Shown piece after piece: positions 37,999-47,805 of a stretch of DNA of 64,000 nucleotides (the first letter of the stretch is position 1; each line of letters opens with the position of its first letter). Position numbers and translations under genes: made by a program. The notes under the pieces are model-generated. The model was given only the letters and a program-made list of their open reading frames with translations, did no database searches and was not told where the DNA came from. The stretch is taken from sequence record NC_042136.1. The stretch is one strand, 5' to 3'.

Positions 37999-39159
37999 AT
38001 GAACAGTTACATCCATAAACTTAAAGCCGTGATTAACCCACACCTACCAATAAACGGTCAAACTATCGTACCGGGGTTTCATCATCAGTTCTTACTTGCC
38101 GAAGAAAGTATCTTACCGCAATGGTCTAAAGTGTTGAAACAAGACGGGGTAATCAAAGCGGTAGCGGAGTTCAACTGGTTAACCGATGCTAAAGCAGATG
38201 TGGACACCCTGCACTCAATGGGATGTCATCATCGTGATGAGTTTATAGAAACTGAGAACGTGGTGGTTAAACAAACCCTAGACACAGATGGTAAGTTGAA
38301 CGTAGCGGCTGAGCGTTTCCGTGAAGCGGGTCTAGAAATCGAGTCTATCGAAGATCTACAACAAGCCTTTATCAACAACGGTATGATGACAAAACACCTT
38401 ACCATGGAAGCGTGTATAGAAGAAATGGGAATCGAAGATGAAGTTGAACATGTACTTATCGCGAAAGGTGAAACTGGACCTAACCACGGTGTCGCGTTCA
38501 GTCGTCCTGCTACTAACGGGTTACTGTTGTTCCAAGACCCGGAGCTGATCCCATCTAAAACGAATACCTTAGAAGAAAACCTAGAGATGGGGCGTCTGAA
38601 ATACACTCCGAAACAGATCATGATGTCTTTCATTAAGTTTCCTATTCCGTTCCGTAAACGTTTAGAATATTTCTTGAACGTATTCGAAGGTGACTTCGGT
38701 CCCGCTAAAGACGTGGTAAAACTCTTAGTGGAAGGTAAAGAGTACGGGGACATCCCAGACATCAATTATTTCTTCGATTACACCATGTATCAAAACATGG
38801 ACCACGAAGGCTGCATTACTTTAATCCTAGACGCGATTGATTGCCCTAAACATTATTTGACTGCACGTTTGCACATGGCGAATCTGTTCCCTATCACGGA
38901 ATACGCTCATGAGGTGCTCCCGTACGCTATTTACGGTCAGTTCGTAGCTACCCGCATGGGTGCGTTATACCACAGCTTCGTGTTAACGGTAGACGGTCTG
39001 GTGGTCGATGAAGAAGAACAACGTCTGGTTAATGAAGCGTGTGATACCGAAGACCTTAGTGCTAAGGTACCATCCATGTCCTTCAATCCAGATTTCCGTC
39101 CTGGGGAAACTCGTCTTTCACTCGACGACCTTAACATCCGTGATTACATTGGTAACTAA
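37999..39159 (+). CDS. hypothetical protein
   Basis: 386 aa, GAGG RBS, no motif recognised. Confidence 0.8.
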   Translation: MNSYIHKLKAVINPHLPINGQTIVPGFHHQFLLAEESILPQWSKVLKQDGVIKAVAEFNWLTDAKADVDTLHSMGCHHRDEFIETENVVVKQTLDTDGKLNVAAERFREAGLEIESIEDLQQAFINNGMMTKHLTMEACIEEMGIEDEVEHVLIAKGETGPNHGVAFSRPATNGLLLFQDPELIPSKTNTLEENLEMGRLKYTPKQIMMSFIKFPIPFRKRLEYFLNVFEGDFGPAKDVVKLLVEGKEYGDIPDINYFFDYTMYQNMDHEGCITLILDAIDCPKHYLTARLHMANLFPITEYAHEVLPYAIYGQFVATRMGALYHSFVLTVDGLVVDEEEQRLVNEACDTEDLSAKVPSMSFNPDFRPGETRLSLDDLNIRDYIGN

Positions 39160-39171
39160 ATTTATTCAAAC

Positions 39172-39203
39172 CTATATTACTCGGGTGTAACAATCCCGAG
39201 TAA
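39172..39203 (+). promoter_or_regulatory. putative early promoter overlapped by a perfect 9-N9-9 inverted repeat
   Basis: AAACCTATATTAC-TCGG-GTGTA; TTACTCGGG-tgtaacaat-CCCGAGTAA at 39177-39203. Confidence 0.75.
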
Positions 39204-39238
39204 ATAACTCATCTAACTTTTATATAAGGAATCTTTCC

Positions 39239-40798
39239 ATGTACGTAAATTACAAAGAAACACAAACACTAAAAGATGAAACGGTTCGCGAAGTATGTGG
39301 TGCTGTAAAATCCACTATGGGTCCGGATGGTAACATCGTAGTTTGTGATAAGTCGGGTAGACCACATCCTACTAAAGATGGGGTGACGGTGGCGAAAGCA
39401 ATGCGCTTCGATGACCCTACTAAAGATCTCATCTCAACAATGATCGCAGAATGTTGTTTGCGCACAGACCGAGTATGTGGTGACGGTACGACAACAACAG
39501 CTTTTCTGTTGAACGAGTTTTACACACGTTTCAAACACCAAATCAGTTTCCGTACCAAGAAACTACTTCGTCAGTACACCGATGAAGTATTAGAGGTACT
39601 GAAGATGATGTCTACTGAAGTGGATATTGATTCTACCTTATTGGCGGATGTGTTGCTGACCACGAGTAACAACGACGAAGTGATCGTGAACAAAATTCTG
39701 GAAGTGTACCGTGAAAACCCACACCTGCCAGATTTAGAGTTCCGTGATTCTGGTGATGATCAAGATCAAGTTCAATACCGTAACGGTTGTACTTGGCCGG
39801 GTGGGTTTAACTCTCCGGATATGTCTGATCTAGGAACTGGTCTAACCGAACAGTTCCATGGACGTGGGGATTACCGACCAATACTGGTAGCGGACAAAAT
39901 CCGTGGATTGGATTCTAAAGAAGAAGTCTTGAAATTCGTAGAACTTACCCAAGACTTCGTAAAAGCTGGTGGGACTTACTTGATCATTTGTCGTGGTGCG
40001 GATGAGTTAACAGAAGCAGCGATTAAGCAAATGAACTCTACGGTAGGTCGTAAAGCATTTAAGATCATTAAGATCAACGCAGCGGGTTCTTCAGGCATCT
40101 CTCTAGTAAACGACATCGCGTTGGTACTAGGTACTGAAATGATGACGGAGCTGATGTCTAATGAAAACGTTTATAAAGACGATCGTCAGTTCCCAATGGT
40201 TTCAGTCAACATCACACAGTTCTCAGTTCATGGTGTTCTGGGAGAGCACCAGATGAATCTGGATCGTGCTATTGATGCGGTTAAGAAACAAATTGCGGAA
40301 TTGGATGTTGAACAACGTAACTCTGCTTTAGGTAAGATCATTAATTCTCGCTTGAACATCCTATCGGGTGGTAGCGTGACGATCTACGTAGGTGGTGTAA
40401 CGGAGTCCGACATCAAAGAGCGTCGTGACCGTTTTGAAGACGTTGGTCGTGTATGTCGTTCAGCGTTGTCTAATGGTGTACTGCAAGGTTGTGGTTACTC
40501 ACTGGCGCAAGTTGCTAAAGTGTTAGAAACTAAATACCCTGAGTGTGACATCGCGGATACTTACGCGTCGGTATTACGTCAACAAACTGTTTACTTAATG
40601 CAGAAAGATTTCGACGACATCAAAGAGTACGTTAACTTAGCGACAGGTGAAGTGGGAGCTACTCCGGGTGAAATCAACGTGTGGGATGCGGCATTGGCTA
40701 CCTGTACAGCATTGGAAGCCGCGGTATCGATGGCGATCACTTTGATGGACACGGATTCCATTATCATGAACTCACGTTTGAGCGAAGTACATATCTAA
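39239..40798 (+). CDS. groEL: GroEL-like (group I) phage chaperonin
   Basis: STMGPDG, TKDGVTVAK, GDGTTT nucleotide-binding motif, GG..ESDIKERRDRFED, VWDA. Confidence 0.92.
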   Translation: MYVNYKETQTLKDETVREVCGAVKSTMGPDGNIVVCDKSGRPHPTKDGVTVAKAMRFDDPTKDLISTMIAECCLRTDRVCGDGTTTTAFLLNEFYTRFKHQISFRTKKLLRQYTDEVLEVLKMMSTEVDIDSTLLADVLLTTSNNDEVIVNKILEVYRENPHLPDLEFRDSGDDQDQVQYRNGCTWPGGFNSPDMSDLGTGLTEQFHGRGDYRPILVADKIRGLDSKEEVLKFVELTQDFVKAGGTYLIICRGADELTEAAIKQMNSTVGRKAFKIIKINAAGSSGISLVNDIALVLGTEMMTELMSNENVYKDDRQFPMVSVNITQFSVHGVLGEHQMNLDRAIDAVKKQIAELDVEQRNSALGKIINSRLNILSGGSVTIYVGGVTESDIKERRDRFEDVGRVCRSALSNGVLQGCGYSLAQVAKVLETKYPECDIADTYASVLRQQTVYLMQKDFDDIKEYVNLATGEVGATPGEINVWDAALATCTALEAAVSMAITLMDTDSIIMNSRLSEVHI

Positions 40799-40807
40799 CT
40801 AAGTACA

Positions 40808-40851
40808 GTGGACTCCTACGGGAGTCCACATACTTTAGTCTTTATTTTTTT
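40808..40851 (+). terminator. intrinsic terminator
   Basis: GTGGACTCC-tacg-GGAGTCCAC, then TTTATTTTTTT at 40841. Confidence 0.75.
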
Positions 40852-40861
40852 AAGGTAAACT

Positions 40862-41140
40862 ATGTTTAAGAAATTTTATCTTTGGTTGCGTGAAAAAGTA
40901 GCGGGTAAAGAACTCCGTGAACTTCGTGCAATTAAAATGCGGTTGCATGAACTCGAACATTGGTGTTCTTACGACCCGGCCATCGTTGCCTCTGCACGTT
41001 GGGTACAAGACCCTTCTAAACGCACTAAAGTAGGTGGGGACTTATGTACATCGATCGCTTCTTTTCGTACCCACTTGAAACGGACTTATACTAAAACCAG
41101 AGTGTTAGAGGAGGTGGATTATGAAGAAGGCGTTCGCTAA
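40862..41140 (+). CDS. hypothetical protein
   Basis: 92 aa, AAGG RBS. Confidence 0.7.
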   Translation: MFKKFYLWLREKVAGKELRELRAIKMRLHELEHWCSYDPAIVASARWVQDPSKRTKVGGDLCTSIASFRTHLKRTYTKTRVLEEVDYEEGVR

Positions 41141-41423
41141 AGTCGGATTAAGTAATACCTTCGATGTTCTTAATGACGACAAAGAACTTAAACGAATCAT
41201 CATTCTGTGTGGAGTCGGTGGTTTAGCGCATCTGTTCGGATGGCTTTGGTTACAAGGCACTATCGGCTTCGGTTTACTTTATCTTTTATTGATGGCTTCG
41301 GTTGGGGATATGTATCAACATTATTACCGATCAAAGAACCGTCTTTGGTTAAATAACGGAAGTCTACTGGTTAGCTTTACCCTAGGTTGGGTGTTATGGT
41401 TAATCGTAGGAGGGATGATATGA
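41121..41423 (+). CDS. small multi-TM membrane protein
   Basis: GGAGG RBS; about three hydrophobic helices. Confidence 0.7.
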   Translation: MKKAFAKVGLSNTFDVLNDDKELKRIIILCGVGGLAHLFGWLWLQGTIGFGLLYLLLMASVGDMYQHYYRSKNRLWLNNGSLLVSFTLGWVLWLIVGGMI

Positions 41424-41692
41424 TTACAGACTTAGAAGGTAACCCCTGTAACTGGTTACGTTGGACGCTCGTGAGTTGTCTATTGATTATCTCGATACTT
41501 TTCCAGCAATGGGAAATCAGTGCAGGTATCCTAGCAACGTACTGGTGTTATTTTTGTTTAAGTAAAACTACGACACCAGACGAAATTCGATTAGACCTCA
41601 GTGAAGATGTCTTTATCACGTTGAACACTACTGGGATATCAGCCGGTGTCGGGTTGATCGTTACATTCATATTACACTTAGCAGGACTATAA
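41420..41692 (+). CDS. small multi-TM membrane protein
   Basis: start moved to ATG 41420 (GGAGG RBS, ATGA overlap); about three hydrophobic helices. Confidence 0.65.
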   Translation: MITDLEGNPCNWLRWTLVSCLLIISILFQQWEISAGILATYWCYFCLSKTTTPDEIRLDLSEDVFITLNTTGISAGVGLIVTFILHLAGL

Positions 41693-42288
41693 TGAGTAAG
41701 ATCTATTTTTACACCAGTGCGATGAATTCTGGGAAAACGACTACCGCCATTCAAACTGCGTTCAACTACAAAGAACGCGGAATGTACCCTTACGTCCTTA
41801 AACCGGTCGTGGACACTCGTGACGGTTGTCCTCGTACTTTATCCAGCCGCAGTGGAGCTAAATGGGATAACTGTATTCCTTTCCCTAAAGAAGGGCTTGG
41901 TGAACTCGAACTTTGGCTACGTAATCCTGAACAATCTCCAGACGTGATCATCATTGACGAAGTTCAATTCATTAGTGTGGAGCAAATCGAGATGTTAAGT
42001 TTGATTTGTGCGGAACGTAATATCCCATTGTTATGTTACGGTTTACGTAATAACTTCCAAGGTGGTGGGTTCCCTGCTTCTGATTGGTTACTCCGTCATG
42101 CGTCGTCTATTAACATTGTAAAGGGTATGTGTTGGTGTGGTAAAAACGCGACCCATAACCTCATGGTGATTGACGGTAAACCGCATTATGGTAATCCCGG
42201 GGAATCGGCGGTGTCGGTAGGTGGGAACGAAACGTATCACGCGGTTTGTCTCACTCATTTCCGTAGCGGTGAGTTTGCTCGCAAATAA
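41692..42288 (+). CDS. tdk: thymidine kinase (type II)
   Basis: SAMNSGKTT P-loop, IIIDEVQF, YGLRNNFQ, zinc ligands CWC and YHAVC. Confidence 0.93.
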   Translation: MSKIYFYTSAMNSGKTTTAIQTAFNYKERGMYPYVLKPVVDTRDGCPRTLSSRSGAKWDNCIPFPKEGLGELELWLRNPEQSPDVIIIDEVQFISVEQIEMLSLICAERNIPLLCYGLRNNFQGGGFPASDWLLRHASSINIVKGMCWCGKNATHNLMVIDGKPHYGNPGESAVSVGGNETYHAVCLTHFRSGEFARK

Positions 42289-42342
42289 GCGATTTTATTA
42301 GGGCGAGGGCTCTCCTCCCCTAATTAACTTTAGGAACGTATT

Positions 42343-45300
42343 ATGAAACATATCAGACAGGTGCTGCTGGATAAAACCGGTAGTCACCGTATTGGTTATG
42401 CGATGTCCACCTCAGATCTCACGGCAGTGAATCTAGCCAAAGCGCGTTTTGAGGGATTGGACTACAACGAAACGACGTTCGGTGAGATCAAAGAGTCTTG
42501 GCCGAACACGAAGCGTTACGAGTGTGAAATCGAACTCACTGGCAGAGATGGATTTAAGTTCAAACAAGTTTGGTGTCCTGCTGATGTCAAAGCAGTGTTG
42601 AAAGACAAGGCGTCTTACCAACTACCGAACATGGATGAACTAAACATGGTGGTTCGTCCCGGTCTTTATTTCGTAACCGATGTTGCGGAACTTTGGGTCG
42701 TCGCACTGAGCGCAGACACCGTAGAAGAAATCAAAGCTCACTTAGGTTATATCTTTGAACAAAACGATCTAGTGATCGAAGACAACACACTTTCGTTTTC
42801 TTCTGAAATCGTGGAAGGTTCATTGCCGATGATAAAACTGGTTGCGGATGAACACGGTAAAGTGTCTGACGGCTCCCATATTCGATTCTACGCCCAAGGT
42901 ACACCCGTAGTGAACCCACACGACCAACCTATCCGTATCACGGTAGAACACTCTGGTCAAGAAACACTGGTCTCTAAAGACGTTAAAGTTACGTTCAAAG
43001 AAGGGCCGCTTAAAGATCAAGTTTTCCAAGGTACACTTGGTAACGACAACTTGTTTACATTCGAAGTTGAATTGGATTACGACTCCCTGAATAAAACGAG
43101 TTCAGCGTTGATCCAAGTTGGTTTGACTCATGATGAGTACGACGACTTCGGTGCGGCGGAAATCAAACCGGAATCATGGGAAATCACTTTAGACGGTGAT
43201 GTTTCACAAACCCAGACTATCCATGTCCGTGCCGCTGACCCAGATGTCTTTACTGGTAATGTTCAATCCAGTGTTGATCCAGAAATCAAACCTTGGGGTA
43301 CTTCTGATAAACCTACTGGGGTTTTCTTTAGTGATGATGGTGAACGTGTTGGGGACGTACTGGAAAACGGTAGTTGGGAATGTGATATCGGTCAAAACGT
43401 GATGTCACCTAACGAGAACCGTACTGTTGTGGTTCGCCCTAACCCAGTTACCGACGACCTAACGATCCAAGTGGTATCACACGGTCCAGTGTCTGTTGAA
43501 GAAGTCACCATCGAAACCCAACAACCAGACGTTGACATTGATCTAAACCAATCTTTGTCCACGGTAATCAGTGCTAAAGTAGAGAACCAAAATTTCCCTT
43601 ACGAATGGCCTGACGGTTTTAAAGTAGTGTTGCGTGACATTAACGACGACAGCACACGTCAATCACAAACCCCGGATGAATACGGTAATGTCGAGTTCAC
43701 GGTTAACTTTGACGAGAACACCCCAACGAAGACCACAACGTATCGTCTAGTATGTGGTAACGACTTCCAAGACTTCACCTTTAATATCACAGGTAAAGTT
43801 CCTCCAGCGCAACCTAGTGACATCGTAGTGGATGAAGCCGAAGGCGATGTCGTTAATGCTTGGATCGGTGAGACCAACACTTACCACGGTCATTTATCGC
43901 AAGCGGCAATTGATGCAGGTGCGACTCGTCCTGTGATCACCTTTGATGGTGTAGAACAACCAAACGACAGTGCGGACGATCATACGTTTGAATTCGTGAT
44001 TGATGGTACTCATCCTGATCAAATCGTTATCGATTGTGGCGTAACCCAACGTACACTTACTGTGGGTAGCAAAGAAGTTAAACTGGAGTTCACTAACGTT
44101 AGCTTCCCAGAAACCGCTGACCAAAACGTTGCCTTTACTGTAACAGGTAAAATCGTTTACACTGGTCCAGACGATCATGTTTACGAAGACGTAAGCGTAA
44201 CTGACGGTAATGGCGTCGAACTAGGTAAAGGTACCCCAACTGGGACTGACCACAGTTTCTCTATTCAAGCGACCGCGACCAAAGGTGGTGCTAACGCACT
44301 TTACCTAGAAACCGAATCAGTGAAAGCAGGTCCTTACACGGTCATCGTGCGTGAAACACCTAAAGTAACTACCGTCACGGCTACCGCGGATAAAGCCTCT
44401 GCAGAGACCGACACTAATGTGGTTATCACTGGTACGGTGAAAGACCAAACTGGTAAAGTGATGGCTGGTGAAAACCTATCGTTAATGTTAGCAGGTGAAG
44501 TCGTAGAAACGAAGGCGTCTAATGCGAGTGGTAAAGTTACCTTTACCGTAACGAGCGCAGATGCCGGTAAACTGGACTACACGGTTAAAGCCGGTGCCGT
44601 AACGAGTGCTGTAGTTAGTGTAACTTGGACTTTACCCGCACCTAAATATACCAAGATTGAAGTAGTGTCTGGAGCAACCACTGGTGAAACCGGTACCGAA
44701 GTTCTTATTAAAGTCGTGACTAAAGATCAGTACGGTAACCCGATGGCTAACCAAACTATCGTTTGGAACAATGGAGGTATTCCGTTCCCGGTCACACACT
44801 CCGATGCGAATGGTGAGTTAACGGTTCGCCCGACGTCTGAAACCGAAGGTAAAGTGACTTACACCTTCGCTGGTGACTCGGGTGTGACAAAAGCAGTCCA
44901 CGAGATAACTTGGACTGCACCTGCTCCAGTATTCAGTGATTTGGTAATCACTCACGGTGATTTGGAAGTAGAAGCTGGACAAGACGTTGCATTTACTGTT
45001 AAGACGGTAGACCAATACGGTGAACCTATGGCTGACCAAGAGGTTATCTACTACGACGGTAAATTAACTTACCCTGCTCGTCGTTCTGACCCTAACGGTA
45101 TCGTTAGCTACACGTTCAACGAAGCAGAAGCTAAGTCTATTACTTACGCCTTCATCGGCGGAGGTGCTCGTAAAGAGTACACCGTGACTTGGACAGCGGT
45201 AGTAGCGGACCCAGTTTACACTGCCTTAACTATTGTATCTGGTCCAACCGAAGGCACCGTAGGTACACCAGTGGAAGTAGTCGTGAGCACGGTTGATCAA

Positions 45301-45495
45301 AATGGTGATCCAATGCCTAACCAAACTATTGTTTGGGACGACGGTGGCATCCCATTCCCTGTGACGTCAAGTGGGGCAGACGGCACTAAGACTTTCCAAT
45401 TAAGTCGTGATGCCGCTGAATCGGTGACTTACGAGTTTGCAGGTGGTAACTCTGAAGTAATGAGTGTGACTCACACTATCAACTGGACTGCATAA
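42343..45495 (+). CDS. large Ig-like repeat protein, probable virion surface/decoration protein
   Basis: 1050 aa, acidic and beta-rich; four C-terminal invasin/Big-1-like repeats (TVKDQ.G.PMANQ.I...SD.NG). Confidence 0.75.
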   Translation: MKHIRQVLLDKTGSHRIGYAMSTSDLTAVNLAKARFEGLDYNETTFGEIKESWPNTKRYECEIELTGRDGFKFKQVWCPADVKAVLKDKASYQLPNMDELNMVVRPGLYFVTDVAELWVVALSADTVEEIKAHLGYIFEQNDLVIEDNTLSFSSEIVEGSLPMIKLVADEHGKVSDGSHIRFYAQGTPVVNPHDQPIRITVEHSGQETLVSKDVKVTFKEGPLKDQVFQGTLGNDNLFTFEVELDYDSLNKTSSALIQVGLTHDEYDDFGAAEIKPESWEITLDGDVSQTQTIHVRAADPDVFTGNVQSSVDPEIKPWGTSDKPTGVFFSDDGERVGDVLENGSWECDIGQNVMSPNENRTVVVRPNPVTDDLTIQVVSHGPVSVEEVTIETQQPDVDIDLNQSLSTVISAKVENQNFPYEWPDGFKVVLRDINDDSTRQSQTPDEYGNVEFTVNFDENTPTKTTTYRLVCGNDFQDFTFNITGKVPPAQPSDIVVDEAEGDVVNAWIGETNTYHGHLSQAAIDAGATRPVITFDGVEQPNDSADDHTFEFVIDGTHPDQIVIDCGVTQRTLTVGSKEVKLEFTNVSFPETADQNVAFTVTGKIVYTGPDDHVYEDVSVTDGNGVELGKGTPTGTDHSFSIQATATKGGANALYLETESVKAGPYTVIVRETPKVTTVTATADKASAETDTNVVITGTVKDQTGKVMAGENLSLMLAGEVVETKASNASGKVTFTVTSADAGKLDYTVKAGAVTSAVVSVTWTLPAPKYTKIEVVSGATTGETGTEVLIKVVTKDQYGNPMANQTIVWNNGGIPFPVTHSDANGELTVRPTSETEGKVTYTFAGDSGVTKAVHEITWTAPAPVFSDLVITHGDLEVEAGQDVAFTVKTVDQYGEPMADQEVIYYDGKLTYPARRSDPNGIVSYTFNEAEAKSITYAFIGGGARKEYTVTWTAVVADPVYTALTIVSGPTEGTVGTPVEVVVSTVDQNGDPMPNQTIVWDDGGIPFPVTSSGADGTKTFQLSRDAAESVTYEFAGGNSEVMSVTHTINWTA

Positions 45496-45530
45496 TAAAA
45501 GGGGTAAGTCTCCCCTATATTTTTACAAGT

Positions 45531-45567
45531 CTATATTACTAAGGTGTAAGAGTTCACATTTTTACAC
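45531..45567 (+). promoter_or_regulatory. putative early promoter with overlapping hairpin
   Basis: CTATATTAC-TAAG-GTGTA; GTGTAA (45544-45549) is complementary to TTACAC (45562-45567). Confidence 0.75.
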
Positions 45568-45578
45568 AAGGAGATACA

Positions 45579-46322
45579 ATGTCTAAAACTCTTAAAAGTT
45601 ATTGTCATGATTTCCAAGCTTTACTTAAAGATATCGTGTCATTAAGTGCAATTACCGGTACCATCAAAGAGTTTGATTCGTATCGTGAACGTCGTGTGCT
45701 CGCTACCGATGAAGAATCGTTCGTGTTCCTACAAGAACCGAACAAAGCTTCTTTGGTGATCAGTACACGTGATGGTAAAACTCATGAGATCGTATTAAAT
45801 GATAACGGTCGAGTTCCTAAAGTAAAGGTGTTGGGTAAATTGACACTTTTATTTAAAGACTATCCTGAGTTCTTCCATCTCATCATGGAACGTTTAGAAC
45901 CAACACGCACAGCAATTCGTATTATTTGTACTGAGTTTATTCGCAAATACGACGAACCTAGTGTGGGTTATCTGGACGACACCTTAGGTCATCCCGCTAA
46001 AGTAGTGGAAGATTACTTAACGACTTACAGTGGTCTCTACCTTACGTTTTTCGTTAACTACTTAGTGAGTAACGAAGTAGCAGCACGCTTCGAACTAGGA
46101 ATAGATCAAAGCGCGTTACTGGGTAAGAGTATTACGGATACGGGTACTCGTCACTACCGAGAAACAAAGTTGTATCTCACTCGTGGAATGACAGAAGATC
46201 ACTACATCGTTATTGATCACGAAACACTGGTGAATACCAGTAACGCGATCATGCACGATACCCATGATGAAACATGGTGGTACGATCAACGTGTAGATAC
46301 CGCACAATTCTTATTCAACTAA
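45579..46322 (+). CDS. hypothetical early protein
   Basis: 247 aa, AAGGAG RBS; partial similarity to the next ORF. Confidence 0.8.
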   Translation: MSKTLKSYCHDFQALLKDIVSLSAITGTIKEFDSYRERRVLATDEESFVFLQEPNKASLVISTRDGKTHEIVLNDNGRVPKVKVLGKLTLLFKDYPEFFHLIMERLEPTRTAIRIICTEFIRKYDEPSVGYLDDTLGHPAKVVEDYLTTYSGLYLTFFVNYLVSNEVAARFELGIDQSALLGKSITDTGTRHYRETKLYLTRGMTEDHYIVIDHETLVNTSNAIMHDTHDETWWYDQRVDTAQFLFN

Positions 46323-46324
46323 AC

Positions 46325-46357
46325 TATACCTAGAGCACGATGAGTGCTCTAGGTATA
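46325..46357 (+). terminator. perfect 14-bp hairpin
   Basis: TATACCTAGAGCAC-gatga-GTGCTCTAGGTATA followed by TTATTTT. Confidence 0.65.
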
Positions 46358-46390
46358 TTATTTTATCCAACTATTTAACTAGGAGTTATT

Positions 46391-47395
46391 ATGGAACTTT
46401 TATCTAAGACTATCTCGGAATGTCAACGCAAACTGGATTTAAAATTAAAACCATTTACTGTTTATTTACATCCGTTGTCTTTCCTTACCTTAAATGAAGA
46501 CCACACTTGGACCCTCAACATCCGTGATCATGGTAAGACCGAACAGATCCAACAAGACACCATCGAGTACCCTTTAGATACCGAAGCCTTTGAACTTTAC
46601 GAAGGTACTATGATGGATCGCATGGCGGCCACTTACGCTCATGTTCAATCGTTGGGTGAATGGGTACCTGAAGCTAACCCGATTTGGGCTAACAGTTACT
46701 TGGACTTCGTAATCACGTTAGAACAATGGTTAAGTTCTAAATGTGTGGAAACAGAGCCTGTCCACAAATTCATCTTAACTTATGGTGCTGGGGACTTCAT
46801 CTACTTTCACGTGAGCCGTATTGGTCGTGGAGAATACCAAATCGTTTTAAACGTAACTGGTCAAGATCCAATCACGGTTAAGTACACTAACCGTAACGGG
46901 ATGCAACATAACACGCTTTTAGTCTCATGGTTCCGTGACAACGAATCCTTAGGTACGAAGATGGTTCTAAAACTTCGTGAGGATCTCTCTTCGGTCTATA
47001 AAGAGGATATCCTAGCCTACCCTACACCTAAAGCCTTAGAAGCCCTGATAGAGTGTTTGGTGTCCGGTCCTACCGATTACCTCAACACTTACGGTCACCT
47101 ACCGGCACCTAACACGACAGTAAGTAAATCTAATGAGACTTATCGTGTTACCATCGAACGTCCTGACATGGATTTAGTGGTGGCGGTTAAGCGATACGAA
47201 GAAGATCTTTGGGTGTACAACATCCACACCAAAACTTTAAGTGGTCCTAAGGTTGATTTACTACCAAGTGATTACTTATTGATCCAGTTTGCGACTCACA
47301 AATGTTTTGGCCACTATCTAAAACATGTATCAGCAGAACCGGGTCAATCGGGTGTGTACTCTAAACGTTTCAACACATTAATGGGAGTGGACTAA
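46391..47395 (+). CDS. hypothetical protein
   Basis: 334 aa, AGGAG RBS. Confidence 0.8.
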   Translation: MELLSKTISECQRKLDLKLKPFTVYLHPLSFLTLNEDHTWTLNIRDHGKTEQIQQDTIEYPLDTEAFELYEGTMMDRMAATYAHVQSLGEWVPEANPIWANSYLDFVITLEQWLSSKCVETEPVHKFILTYGAGDFIYFHVSRIGRGEYQIVLNVTGQDPITVKYTNRNGMQHNTLLVSWFRDNESLGTKMVLKLREDLSSVYKEDILAYPTPKALEALIECLVSGPTDYLNTYGHLPAPNTTVSKSNETYRVTIERPDMDLVVAVKRYEEDLWVYNIHTKTLSGPKVDLLPSDYLLIQFATHKCFGHYLKHVSAEPGQSGVYSKRFNTLMGVD

Positions 47396-47718
47396 TGGAA
47401 AACGAGTTAAAGGCGTTTCTAGACAGTTGTGTTATGTTTGGGGAGCGACCTACCGGTAAATACATCCATGTGGGTGACCACGAGGTGTTGATCATTATCC
47501 GACACGTAGGTCAAGGAGAAGACCAATTACCTGTGGTGGAGTACGAGGAGCTTCCTGAGCACCTATCCAAGATACACGCTGACTTGTTAAATTATTTTGA
47601 CACTGGTATCGTGTTGAATGGGTCTGAGTTGATCCCGGAATCCAGCCCGTTTCAATACATGTGGGTGGTGGAAGACTACATCGTAGGACTTTCCGTAACT
47701 CCATTAAATAAAGAATAA
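47395..47718 (+). CDS. hypothetical protein
   Basis: 107 aa, coupled start (TAATG). Confidence 0.7.
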   Translation: MENELKAFLDSCVMFGERPTGKYIHVGDHEVLIIIRHVGQGEDQLPVVEYEELPEHLSKIHADLLNYFDTGIVLNGSELIPESSPFQYMWVVEDYIVGLSVTPLNKE

Positions 47719-47805
47719 ATTTTCACGGTGTGTGCCGATTTTATTGATCAAAAAACTCCACTTCTCTCAAGCAGAAAATCAATAAAAATCAGTAAGGTAC
47801 ACACT

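Noticed and set aside
39177-39203. Bona fide CIRCE/HrcA operator
   Set aside because: Geometry matches, but the arms (TTACTCGGG) differ from TTAGCACTC; kept only as an analogous element
46325-46357. CIRCE-like GAGTGCT in the hairpin after the 247-aa gene
   Set aside because: Spacing is far shorter than CIRCE; better explained as a terminator or processing stem
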